Shown: one piece after another, positions 38,635 through 47,186 of the stretch
Layout: each line of letters begins with the position of its first letter
Numbering within the stretch: the stretch's first letter is position 1
Source: a virus
Strand: one strand, 5' to 3'
DNA length: 64,000 nucleotides
IMG/VR virus record: IMGVR_UViG_3300028840_003924
Coordinates: 64,001-128,000 of that record
Made by a program: the position numbers and the translations under genes
The notes under the pieces: model-generated
Database searches by the model: none
What the model saw: the letters and a program-made list of their open reading frames with translations, nothing else
Told to the model about the DNA's origin: nothing

Positions 38635-39000
38635 ATGGCACAATCAAATCCACGGGAAATACTGGAGGCCCTTTTGGGTAAGGATGCCCTATCGAAAAAC
38701 CCTAATGCCGAAATCTTCAAGGAGGCGCTGGCCGAGATTACCGAAGGCCAGAAGGAGGCGAAGAAGAAGATCGTGAAGACAAAGGTGGAGGAAGCACTAA
38801 AGCTCCTTGCCGAAAGGGACAAACTGGAGAAGGAGACCAAGGGGAAGATCGCCAAGATCGACAAAACCTTGGGGAAACTCATCAAGGCCATCGATAGCAT
38901 GTCCAAAGGGGAATGCCATTGCCAAGGGAAATGTGAGGAGGGAGCAGCGCCCGCCGAAGAGGGTCAAGCTGAGGCCGAGAACCCCGGTGCCGAAGGTTAG
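38635..39000 (+). CDS. Hypothetical coiled-coil protein
   Basis: AGGAG RBS; followed by a terminator. Confidence 0.75.
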   Translation: MAQSNPREILEALLGKDALSKNPNAEIFKEALAEITEGQKEAKKKIVKTKVEEALKLLAERDKLEKETKGKIAKIDKTLGKLIKAIDSMSKGECHCQGKCEEGAAPAEEGQAEAENPGAEG

Positions 39001-39027
39001 GCGCTTAAGGCTATCGACGCAAGCTAC

Positions 39028-39071
39028 GAAACCCACCACCCCGCACAGCGGGGTGGTGGGTTTCTTTTTTT
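39028..39071 (+). terminator. Rho-independent terminator
   Basis: 17-bp stem GAAACCCACCACCCCGC-ACA-GCGGGGTGGTGGGTTTC plus T run. Confidence 0.85.
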
Positions 39072-39084
39072 GGGGGAATCCATC

Positions 39085-39113
39085 TTGACAGATGTCGACA
39101 AGGGGTGTAAAGG
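39085..39113 (+). promoter_or_regulatory. Possible sigma70 promoter
   Basis: Perfect TTGACA right after the terminator; -10 element weak. Confidence 0.35.
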
Positions 39114-39156
39114 ATAGGGAGTCAACCAAGATTCTGCTCACACGGAGGCCACTCTC

Positions 39157-39561
39157 ATGTCCGACAAGGTAATCGCTACCCTTATGGTTGTGGGCGCTCT
39201 TACCGTCTTCACCTTGCTGCTCACTCCGACCATCTACTACAGCTTTACGTGGAAAGAGATCGGCTATGTCGAGAGCGTTGAGGCGACCGTCACCAGAGAT
39301 CGCAGTATAAAGCAAGTCAAGATGGTGACGATCCACATGGAGAACAGCGAGAAGAGGCGAATCAAAATGCCGATGGGCGTTCACATTCAAGCTGGCTACT
39401 GGTACATCTTTGATTTCGCTCGCAATCCGGGCGGTGGCCTCCGTATCGAGAAGTACCAGAAGATCGAAGATAAGAGTTTCAAACCACCACTCATCGATAC
39501 TATCACGGAACCTATTTCATTAGAGGAGGAATCTCATGTCGGGGGAGAGGCTGGAAGATAG
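39157..39561 (+). CDS. Single-pass membrane protein
   Basis: N-terminal TM; GGAGG RBS. Confidence 0.65.
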   Translation: MSDKVIATLMVVGALTVFTLLLTPTIYYSFTWKEIGYVESVEATVTRDRSIKQVKMVTIHMENSEKRRIKMPMGVHIQAGYWYIFDFARNPGGGLRIEKYQKIEDKSFKPPLIDTITEPISLEEESHVGGEAGR

Positions 39562-40012
39562 GTCGTTGCTTCAAGTCCAATTACGAATCGCACGGGGGGA
39601 ACTTAAGGCGCAATCGGTGGATATTGAATGTCCAAAGTGCCATAAGAGTATGCCCAATCAATGTAAGAAATGCGGACATATCCTGGTCCCATCACTCAGG
39701 ACGTTTCCGCAACATGCGACGGGCATTATCACGCCCGACGATGGCTGGGTGGCTGTCCACGAGACCTTCGGCGGGATGCTTCCACTGAAAGGAGGCAAGT
39801 TGGACGAGTTAGTCGATCCTGGTCTTCGAGCTAAGATTGCTTACGAGCAATATCATTATGCGGAGATGATGGAGCATCTTCACAACGGTCTCCAACCTCA
39901 AATCCGGTTGGTGACCTATGAGATGGTCCCAAGACCTCTCATGGAAAACGATAAGGATCACGGCGTCATCATGATCGAGGGAAAGAAAACAAGAACCCAG
40001 AGGAACCTTTAG
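39536..40012 (+). CDS. Zinc-ribbon protein
   Basis: CPKC...CKKCG; GAGGAGG RBS. Confidence 0.65.
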   Translation: MSGERLEDRSLLQVQLRIARGELKAQSVDIECPKCHKSMPNQCKKCGHILVPSLRTFPQHATGIITPDDGWVAVHETFGGMLPLKGGKLDELVDPGLRAKIAYEQYHYAEMMEHLHNGLQPQIRLVTYEMVPRPLMENDKDHGVIMIEGKKTRTQRNL

Positions 40013-40023
40013 GAGGTTACGCC

Positions 40024-40581
40024 ATGCGATACATGTTGATTGTGCTTACAGCCTGTCTGCTGGCGGGTTGTAAGGAGGATGTTATTGGCACCGTACTCAA
40101 AGTCGATCAAGTGATCATCAAAAGTGATCAAAACAATTTGACTGAATACGATGTCATTACGGTTCAAACTGATAGCGGCGAGGAAGAGCAGTACTATCGG
40201 GTCGCAACCGGATTTGAGTGGAAGATCGGTAGCCGGTACATCTTTAAGTTCGCCGACAGTAAAGTCAATGGTTGCCCAAGGATTAACCACCTTCACGAAA
40301 CAACGGCCCAAATCCTCGATGAGGACGAGAAGGTCGCCGAGGTGGAGTTCACCGAGATTCCTCTTGAGGAAACGGAAGCCGAAAAGGAAGAGGAGGAAGA
40401 GGAAGCGATCTCTCATATCGATAAGCTTGATCTGAAGTGCGAGGAGCTTAATGACCGGTTTCAGTGTCTCAGACTTGCTTTGCAACAATTATACAATCAT
40501 CAAGCCATTGAAATCGAGAAACTCAAACTCCAAGTAAAAGCTCTACAAGAACAAAATGAACAAGCACACTATAGACATTAG
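40024..40581 (+). CDS. Putative lipoprotein
   Basis: MRYMLIVLTACLLAGC lipobox; AGGAGG RBS. Confidence 0.7.
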   Translation: MRYMLIVLTACLLAGCKEDVIGTVLKVDQVIIKSDQNNLTEYDVITVQTDSGEEEQYYRVATGFEWKIGSRYIFKFADSKVNGCPRINHLHETTAQILDEDEKVAEVEFTEIPLEETEAEKEEEEEEAISHIDKLDLKCEELNDRFQCLRLALQQLYNHQAIEIEKLKLQVKALQEQNEQAHYRH

Positions 40582-41675
40582 TACGGCGTAATCAAGTCAC
40601 CACTCTGAAGAACGTAGGGCTCAATCGTAATCTGATCTGGTTCGGTGTTCGCACCCGTGTACGTGAACAACGTCAACTTCGCTGCATCGCCCACTTCTGC
40701 GCCCGCAGGATACTCGATCTTCCGAGTCACTCGGTTACTTCCGTCTACCACGTTGCTGGTGAAGAGATAGGTGGGCGAAGCACCTTGAAGCAACTCGTAG
40801 TCATCTCTCACGTCCGCTGCTGTATACCCTAAGCTATTACCACGGAAGTCTACGGCATTGTTGATTACGTCCTGCTCAACACCCGTCATCCAGACACCAC
40901 GGGTACCACCTTGGGTTGTTGTATCAACAGCGACACTGAAAGTATCCGCCGTCAGCACGGTTGCCGTGCGGGTACCATCCAAAGTCGCATCCGTATCACT
41001 GTTGGCAATCAAGATTGAATCCCCAGTGGTCAATCCGTGGTTCGTTGATGTAATCACACCGGGGTTCGCCGACGTACAACTCTCAATCAGATGACCCAAC
41101 GGTATCAGTTTGGTCACCGACGCCGGGTAGGTGTGAATGGAACCAACAATATGCCTCAGGTAGTACCAGGGTAGTTCGCACACGCCCGCATGCTGGTTGA
41201 ACCGGAGGAGCGTCTCTGCACCACCGTTGGCAATGAAGAAGATCATCTCAGTGTTGCTGTGCAACGTACTACGAATGATTACACGGCTCTCAGGACCACT
41301 TGTAGCTTGTGTTCCATCAAAACTCGTTATCGAAGCCTCAAAGCGGCTTGCGAAGAGATCATCGGCGTTCAAAGCTGCGATAATTTCTGCCGGGGTGACG
41401 GCGGTTACCACAGCGGCTGAGGCTGCTACATTGATCGTTAGGTTTGCAAACAGGTTGAGGTTTGGTCCGTGAGCAAAGGTGATCGTCAGGTTACTCGTCG
41501 GATTTCCATCCGCATCATTTCCCGACATATCAAACGGGCCCTTCACCCAGGTCATCACAATATCGGCACCACGACCTTTATTGGCTGGGCAATCATAGTT
41601 CTGGATATACTTCCGGTCGTCTACCAGTGACGGACCTTTGAAATCTTCGGCAAATGGGTTCTGAAAAAACGGCAT
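40578..41675 (-). CDS. Putative virion structural protein, isolated on the minus strand
   Basis: Thr/Gly/Ala/Asn-rich; ANPGVITSTNHGLTTGDSILI...TADTFSV beta module typical of tail proteins. Confidence 0.65.
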   Translation of the reverse strand: MPFFQNPFAEDFKGPSLVDDRKYIQNYDCPANKGRGADIVMTWVKGPFDMSGNDADGNPTSNLTITFAHGPNLNLFANLTINVAASAAVVTAVTPAEIIAALNADDLFASRFEASITSFDGTQATSGPESRVIIRSTLHSNTEMIFFIANGGAETLLRFNQHAGVCELPWYYLRHIVGSIHTYPASVTKLIPLGHLIESCTSANPGVITSTNHGLTTGDSILIANSDTDATLDGTRTATVLTADTFSVAVDTTTQGGTRGVWMTGVEQDVINNAVDFRGNSLGYTAADVRDDYELLQGASPTYLFTSNVVDGSNRVTRKIEYPAGAEVGDAAKLTLFTYTGANTEPDQITIEPYVLQSGDLITPY

Positions 41676-41765
41676 ACCTGTTTCCTTCTGGCTATCTATT
41701 CACACCTAGTTGCAGATACGAAGCCTCCACACGGGCGTTGCATATGATATATAAGCCTGTGCAAA

Positions 41766-41801
41766 GAAAAACCACCCGGCGAAAACGCCGGGTGGTTTTT
41801 C
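41766..41801. terminator. Bidirectional terminator
   Basis: GAAAAACCACCCGGCG-AAAA-CGCCGGGTGGTTTTTC. Confidence 0.8.
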
Positions 41802-41828
41802 AAATAGCCGAAAGGCATAGACATTTCG

Positions 41829-42227
41829 TCACTTATTAACCACCGAAAGTATCTTTTTGGCCATAGCAAATGGTTCGACCGCTGGCTCCTCTGCCAGGAT
41901 GCTCATCACATCGATAACTTCGGGGCAGTATTCGTCCATATCATGCTCATCCATGAAGCGAATTTTCTTGTTCAGGTCCACAAGCGACTCGCTGATTTCA
42001 TCCCGTGCCTCTTCAAGCTGCTTTCTGGTCACACTGACCACTTGACAATCCTTTGCAAAGAGATTATTACCTTCCCAATCCTTATCTAGGGCTTTCGCTT
42101 TTAACGTATTGCCGTCATCTGAGGCATACGTAACTTCGTACACCTTGCCCACAATGTAGCTGCTGCTATTGGAGTTCCTGATCGGGCGTACTAGGTTTCC
42201 GGGCTGAATTTTAACCTTCTGAAACAT
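41829..42227 (-). CDS. Hypothetical protein (KOW/SH3-like N-terminus plus coiled coil)
   Basis: AAGGAGG RBS before MFQKVKIQPGNLV. Confidence 0.65.
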   Translation of the reverse strand: MFQKVKIQPGNLVRPIRNSNSSSYIVGKVYEVTYASDDGNTLKAKALDKDWEGNNLFAKDCQVVSVTRKQLEEARDEISESLVDLNKKIRFMDEHDMDEYCPEVIDVMSILAEEPAVEPFAMAKKILSVVNK

Positions 42228-42344
42228 CGTCTTCCTCCTTATTCCTAGTATCGGTTTGCAGGGCCTCAAACTTTAGTGATATTGCACCAGCGATCTTTTT
42301 TTCCTAAAATGGGGCGTCAACCAAGCCCGCAGAAGGAGATTACC

Positions 42345-43571
42345 ATGAAGATGTTCGAGTCCAAGGGATTTCGTGTTCTCCATATTCCCACTAACGGCCC
42401 CAGTGATATCGTCAATGCCCGCATTGTGGTCAACGTCGGAGCGGCCTATGAGCCGCCCGACTCATACGGAGCGGCCCACTTTCTGGAGCACATGTTCTAC
42501 AAGGGTACTCCCAAGTGGAATTGGAGGGATTTGAATCTCTTGACATCGAAACTCGGCAATGCCAATGCATACACGAGCCACATGCGCACGGCCTTCTACT
42601 TAAGCTTTCGCCGCAAGGATTTGGCCCTGGCCATCGAGGTCCTGACCGACATTCTCTTCAACGCCACGCTGTGTGAAGAAGAATTTACGAAAGAAAGGGA
42701 CGTGATCATCGAGGAGTTCCACGCCGGTCAGGCCGACCCACTCATCTTCTTCTTCGGTCAACTTTACACCGATACCTTCGGCGAAAACTACGGCCACCCG
42801 GTCATCGGTAACGAGGACAGCCTCAAGGCAATGACCACCGACAAGCTCCGCAACATTTGGCAATACTATAACCCCAGCAACCTGATCATTTCGGTGGCTG
42901 GGAACGTCGAAGAGGACGAAGTTAAGGATGTCCTCGAAAGGTACCTCCCTGAAAAAGAGCCAGTGGTCGCAACAGGGAATGCCCCTGAGTTCAACTGGGA
43001 GAACTACGACTTCAACCACATCTCCAAACAAGCCGTCATTGCCTTTACGGTAAGGGGCATCACCGGCAGAGAAGAGATCGAAAGGAACTTTGTTGCGGAC
43101 ATCTTCTGCAACGGCCTCGCCGGGCGACAACATTCGCTACTCTACAACCGGATGCGAGAAGAGTTGGGTCTGTGTTACCAAATCGACTCTTACCACACAG
43201 CCAACGAACTGTACGGCGTAACAATCCTCTTCTGCTTGCTCGATGAAAAAAACGTCGAACAAGCTACCGAAGAGATCAACGCTATGATCGACAAGATAGT
43301 TGAAGAGGGCTTCAGCGACGAGTTGCTCGAAACGTGCAAAGCCAACTACCTCTTCCAATTCGGTTGTCGATTGGAGACGAGTCGAGGTACCAACCAAATC
43401 GCCGACAGTTTCTTCTCGATTGGCGACTACCCGTTTGCCAAGTTGATCGATCCCGAGGAACGAAGTAGGGCGATTGACAGCCTCACCAACGACCACATCA
43501 CAGAGTATGCCAACGAGTTCTTCGGCAAGCACATCCCCAGAAAAATCCTCCGTATGACCGAACAGAAGTAA
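42345..43571 (+). CDS. M16 family zinc peptidase
   Basis: GAAHFLEHMFYKGT, NAYTS, KERDVIIEE, SLLYNRMREELGLCY. Confidence 0.93.
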   Translation: MKMFESKGFRVLHIPTNGPSDIVNARIVVNVGAAYEPPDSYGAAHFLEHMFYKGTPKWNWRDLNLLTSKLGNANAYTSHMRTAFYLSFRRKDLALAIEVLTDILFNATLCEEEFTKERDVIIEEFHAGQADPLIFFFGQLYTDTFGENYGHPVIGNEDSLKAMTTDKLRNIWQYYNPSNLIISVAGNVEEDEVKDVLERYLPEKEPVVATGNAPEFNWENYDFNHISKQAVIAFTVRGITGREEIERNFVADIFCNGLAGRQHSLLYNRMREELGLCYQIDSYHTANELYGVTILFCLLDEKNVEQATEEINAMIDKIVEEGFSDELLETCKANYLFQFGCRLETSRGTNQIADSFFSIGDYPFAKLIDPEERSRAIDSLTNDHITEYANEFFGKHIPRKILRMTEQK

Positions 43572-44059
43572 TGCTTCAACCAATCACCTACTTTCGTGGG
43601 AAGAACTTCTTCCTTTCCAACTCCTTCCCCATCAAGGTGAAGTATCAAGGCCGGATGTATCCCAGCGCCGAACATGCCTTTCAAGCGGTTAAGACATTCA
43701 ACGACAAGGAGCGAGCTTGGATTGCCGCAGCCACTGGGCCCGGCTTCGCAAAACAGCGAGGAAGGCAAGTAGAACTGCGCCAAGATTGGGACCATGTGAA
43801 AATCCCTTTGATGGATGCAATCGTGCGGGAGAAGTTTGCATCGTATTCGCTTCTGACGGCGATGCTCGTGGCCACGTTGGACCGAGAACTGATTCATGGG
43901 AATGTTTGCGGCGACACCTACTGGGGGGTATGTGCTGGCGAAGGAAAGAACCTGCTGGGGCGAATCCTGATGACGGTTCGCCGGGATTTGAACATGTCGG
44001 TAGGGCTCCTGATCAGAATGCAGGAAAAAGGCTTCAAAACCCGTGAAAAGTCGCAATAA
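43571..44059 (+). CDS. NADAR (YbiA-like) family protein
   Basis: FLSN, YPSAEHAFQAVK, LRQDWD, DTYWG, GKNLLGRILMTVR. Confidence 0.92.
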   Translation: MLQPITYFRGKNFFLSNSFPIKVKYQGRMYPSAEHAFQAVKTFNDKERAWIAAATGPGFAKQRGRQVELRQDWDHVKIPLMDAIVREKFASYSLLTAMLVATLDRELIHGNVCGDTYWGVCAGEGKNLLGRILMTVRRDLNMSVGLLIRMQEKGFKTREKSQ

Positions 44060-44220
44060 ACTGCTATTGGTGATTTCGGCGTTTTGGGGTATCCTTACCC
44101 TAATTGAAAAGGACCCGATATGCCCCGCTACCCACCTTAACCTTGACCATCACCTGTTTACCCCGCTCCATGAGGAGTTGGGGCTTACCCGTTTTTCCCT
44201 GTTTCAGAAAAGGTTTTCAC

Positions 44221-44700
44221 ATGAGTCAGACCCAAGAACCCCAACAGCCCGATAGGATGATCAACTCGGGCAGCGGTAAAACGATTGTGACATGCATCGT
44301 CGCTTTTGCCGCCATCCTCATCGTCGTCGCTCTGTTCCGACACTTCGGCGAGAAAGAACCGGAGGTCTCTCCGACGACGGAGACGCAGACCACGACGACC
44401 GAGGGTGAAACCACAGAAGGTACGACGGAAACTCCCACTACCGGCACGGAGACCACCACCGAGACTCCGACGACCGGCGAGACTCCAACGGAGACGACTC
44501 CAACGGAGACGACTCCAACGACTCCAACGGAGACGGAGACGACCCCGACGACTCCAACGGAGACGGAGACCACTCCGACGACGCCCACCGGGACTACGGA
44601 TACCTCGGTGCCCGCTCCTGTGATTTCACCCGCCGCAGGGACACCAGAAACTACAACTGGAGGCACGACAACTGAGCCGACCTCCCCAAGTACGCCGTAA
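44221..44700 (+). CDS. Membrane-anchored Thr/Pro/Glu-rich (mucin-like) protein
   Basis: TM segment then TPTETT repeats; ATG at 44221. Confidence 0.75.
   Translation: MSQTQEPQQPDRMINSGSGKTIVTCIVAFAAILIVVALFRHFGEKEPEVSPTTETQTTTTEGETTEGTTETPTTGTETTTETPTTGETPTETTPTETTPTTPTETETTPTTPTETETTPTTPTGTTDTSVPAPVISPAAGTPETTTGGTTTEPTSPSTP
44455..44590 (+). repeat. Coding tandem repeats, 15- and 30-nt units
   Basis: actccaacggagacg repeated. Confidence 0.85.
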
Positions 44701-44726
44701 GTTGTCCAGTTTCACCGTCCCCAAAC

Positions 44727-44757
44727 CGCCCACCTGCCGCTTTGCGGCAGGTGGGCG
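44727..44757. repeat. 14-bp perfect palindrome lacking a U-tract
   Basis: CGCCCACCTGCCGC-TTT-GCGGCAGGTGGGCG. Confidence 0.8.
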
Positions 44758-44765
44758 TTACTACT

Positions 44766-45014
44766 ATGAACCTAGAACAAGTTGAACGATGGTTTGATGG
44801 CGCAGGGTTCAAACTCGATAACACCCTGCTTTGGTCCTTATACAAATCACTCCTCGCTGCCTCCATCGGTCACAGGGTTGTTCACAAATTTGAGCGATGT
44901 AAAAGCGACCCAAACGTACCAGGAGGGCTTGTCCGATTGCCGCCACTCGCCGACGACGAACTACCGCCATTCGATTGGGAGTACGAACTGATCAAGATAG
45001 CGAAGAACTTGTAA
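44766..45014 (+). CDS. Hypothetical protein
   Basis: MNLEQVERW...; TAATG coupling to the next gene. Confidence 0.55.
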   Translation: MNLEQVERWFDGAGFKLDNTLLWSLYKSLLAASIGHRVVHKFERCKSDPNVPGGLVRLPPLADDELPPFDWEYELIKIAKNL

Positions 45015-45655
45015 TGTACACAAACTTGAAGAACTCCGTACTCGTGACGGCTCTCGAAGAACTCGTGGGGACGATAGAGAGTGACGCCTGCTCGATCTTG
45101 GCGAGCGGCAAGGTAGTTGGCGAAGGTATCGACTATCACAAATCTTATGGATTTGTTCCCTTCAACGTCACGAGCTTCATAGAGACGATGGTGGCCGTAG
45201 TTAGGCACATCCGAAAGCAGGGTTGCAATCCATGGGACTTTACATTTCTGGATGCAGGTTGTGGTATCGGAACGAAGCTCATCCTTGCCGAGTCCATGGG
45301 ATTCCCCGCTATTGGTTTGGAAATCGACCAGAAGATGATCCGACGAGCGAAGAGGCAATACGGCATCCGGAGCCTCAAAGTCTCCAAGGGGAGAATATTT
45401 CGATCCGCCCGCACACCAGTCATCGTCAATCAGGACGTTTTGAAGCACCACTACGACCACTATGGCGTCATCTTCTTCTACTGCCCGTTTCGGAATGACG
45501 AGTTGGAGAGCGAGTTCGAGCAACGGGTCTACGAACAAATGTTGCCCGGTTCTTACGTCATCCCCAGAATGCACCAAAGCGAACTTCCGCAGAGCATAAA
45601 ACCCATCGACAATCGTAGTCGAGTTTACTGGAAACCAAAGAGGAGGAGATCATGA
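45014..45655 (+). CDS. Class I SAM-dependent methyltransferase (DOT1-like motifs)
   Basis: FLDAGCGIG, GLEID, YGVIFFYCPF, PGSYVI. Confidence 0.8.
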   Translation: MYTNLKNSVLVTALEELVGTIESDACSILASGKVVGEGIDYHKSYGFVPFNVTSFIETMVAVVRHIRKQGCNPWDFTFLDAGCGIGTKLILAESMGFPAIGLEIDQKMIRRAKRQYGIRSLKVSKGRIFRSARTPVIVNQDVLKHHYDHYGVIFFYCPFRNDELESEFEQRVYEQMLPGSYVIPRMHQSELPQSIKPIDNRSRVYWKPKRRRS

Positions 45656-45951
45656 ACTGGCAAGCCATCTTTACCGATCCGATGACGTATATCCTCTGGT
45701 ACGTCGTGTCCCTGTTGGTGGGCGCTCCTGTTTTCCGACACGCTTTCAAAAAAGCCAAAGTGCCGAAACACTACAGCGGCGAAAACAACTATGCCGAGAT
45801 GTACGCCAGAGTCATCACGCTCTTAGTCTTCTCGCCCGTCACCGTTCCGGCCTACCTCATTATTTATTGGTTTCTCTGGCGGTGTTTGTTCAAGCCCGGA
45901 GCAGAATACATTCTGCCTGACTACGCACGATTACCAGAGGGGGAAGAGTGA
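45652..45951 (+). CDS. Two-TM membrane protein
   Basis: Two hydrophobic segments; GAGGAG RBS. Confidence 0.7.
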   Translation: MNWQAIFTDPMTYILWYVVSLLVGAPVFRHAFKKAKVPKHYSGENNYAEMYARVITLLVFSPVTVPAYLIIYWFLWRCLFKPGAEYILPDYARLPEGEE

Positions 45952-46352
45952 CCATGGAGTTTTGCATTATAACCGCTATCGTCATTGGGCTGATCCTCTG
46001 GGCGATCTTCTCGCCAACAAAGAAGCCAGAGAAGCCAAACCCCGATGTCGGGAAGTCACCGCAGCAGTTGATCTTCGAGAGTTACCTCGACAACATCTTC
46101 GCATATCTCGACAACAAGAAGATGGTGAAGAACCCATACACCGGCGAGTACGAAGACCCCAGCGAAACCTTCATGCGGGAGATCGAAGAGGGTATCGGTG
46201 TTCCCGAACAAGGCGCTGACGACTTCAGACGATCCATGGCTGCCTTCGTTGCCATGACTGTTCAACATAAAGGGTCTGAGGCCCTCACATGGCATTCTAA
46301 CTCCGACATGGAGAAAGCCATTAACGCCTACATCGTGTTGTGTCGGCCATAA
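45948..46352 (+). CDS. Membrane anchor fused to a PrkA/YeaG C-terminal-domain fragment
   Basis: YLDNIFAY...VKNPYTGEYEDPSETFMREIEEGIGVPEQGADDFRR resembles the PrkA C-domain. Confidence 0.7.
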   Translation: MTMEFCIITAIVIGLILWAIFSPTKKPEKPNPDVGKSPQQLIFESYLDNIFAYLDNKKMVKNPYTGEYEDPSETFMREIEEGIGVPEQGADDFRRSMAAFVAMTVQHKGSEALTWHSNSDMEKAINAYIVLCRP

Positions 46353-46362
46353 GGAACTTGTC

Positions 46363-47172
46363 ATGATCATTCTCAAAATCATCGTCTTCATCGTCGCCAT
46401 CGCCCTCATCGCCTGGGCCTGCGGTTTGCTCAAAAGGAAGAAGGTTTCAGCCTCCACCAGAGGAATGACCTTCCAAGAATACTTAGACAACTGTAAAACG
46501 CCACCAGAAGCGAAGGTGGAGGACGAGAAGTTTATGAAGGCCGTGAAGGGAGCGTTGGACAAGCCCCAGAAACCACTTGGTGCCAAAGAAATACAACAGC
46601 GAATCAGCGAATTGCAGAAGAAGCTTATAACCGACTACGGCTATATCCCTTGCGGTGTAGGCTCCCTCGCTCAAGATGATAAGAAGGAGGAACCCAAGGA
46701 CCCACAAGAGATCACCGAAGCCGACATCAATACTTGGGTCGAAGTGTCCTCCCCACGTATATATGAAGGAACATGGCAGCGAAGACAACTCGTAAAAATC
46801 AACGCCGGTCCAGGCGACTACCAATACAAAACGAAGCATCCATCCTATTCAAACAAGCCGGAGTATTGGGCTAATGCTCGGAAAACAAAAGAGCAAAAAC
46901 CAACCCCCAAGTGTCCTTCGTGCCGAGGGAACTCAATGCACTTTGGTTGTGACCTCTGTCACGGCTCAGGTTACCTGCCGGTCGGCCAACAGGCCATCGA
47001 CGAAAAGTTCATCGGTCACACAATCGAAGTCAAGCAGCAACACAACACCAAATGGGTGCGACGTGAGTTGGTAGAAATCCAACTAGACTCGCTCCTACCA
47101 TTCGTTTGCAAACCCAAAGAAGGACAAGGCGCACACCAGACAATCCGCTGGGGGGAAGCTCGTCCCTTATAG
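46363..47172 (+). CDS. Membrane-anchored protein with 2 W/ARP modules and a DnaJ-type Zn finger
   Basis: N-terminal TM; VEV..W.RR.L..W..AR twice; CPSC...CDLCHGSG. Confidence 0.8.
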   Translation: MIILKIIVFIVAIALIAWACGLLKRKKVSASTRGMTFQEYLDNCKTPPEAKVEDEKFMKAVKGALDKPQKPLGAKEIQQRISELQKKLITDYGYIPCGVGSLAQDDKKEEPKDPQEITEADINTWVEVSSPRIYEGTWQRRQLVKINAGPGDYQYKTKHPSYSNKPEYWANARKTKEQKPTPKCPSCRGNSMHFGCDLCHGSGYLPVGQQAIDEKFIGHTIEVKQQHNTKWVRRELVEIQLDSLLPFVCKPKEGQGAHQTIRWGEARPL

Positions 47173-47186
47173 AAGAGGTATGAACT

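Noticed and set aside
44043-44255. 70-aa GTG ORF between NADAR and the Thr-rich gene
   Set aside because: Overlaps both neighbours, weak RBS and no motif; left uncalled
44226-44666. Val-rich minus ORF and Arg-rich alternative-frame ORF
   Set aside because: By-products of the Thr-rich tandem repeat
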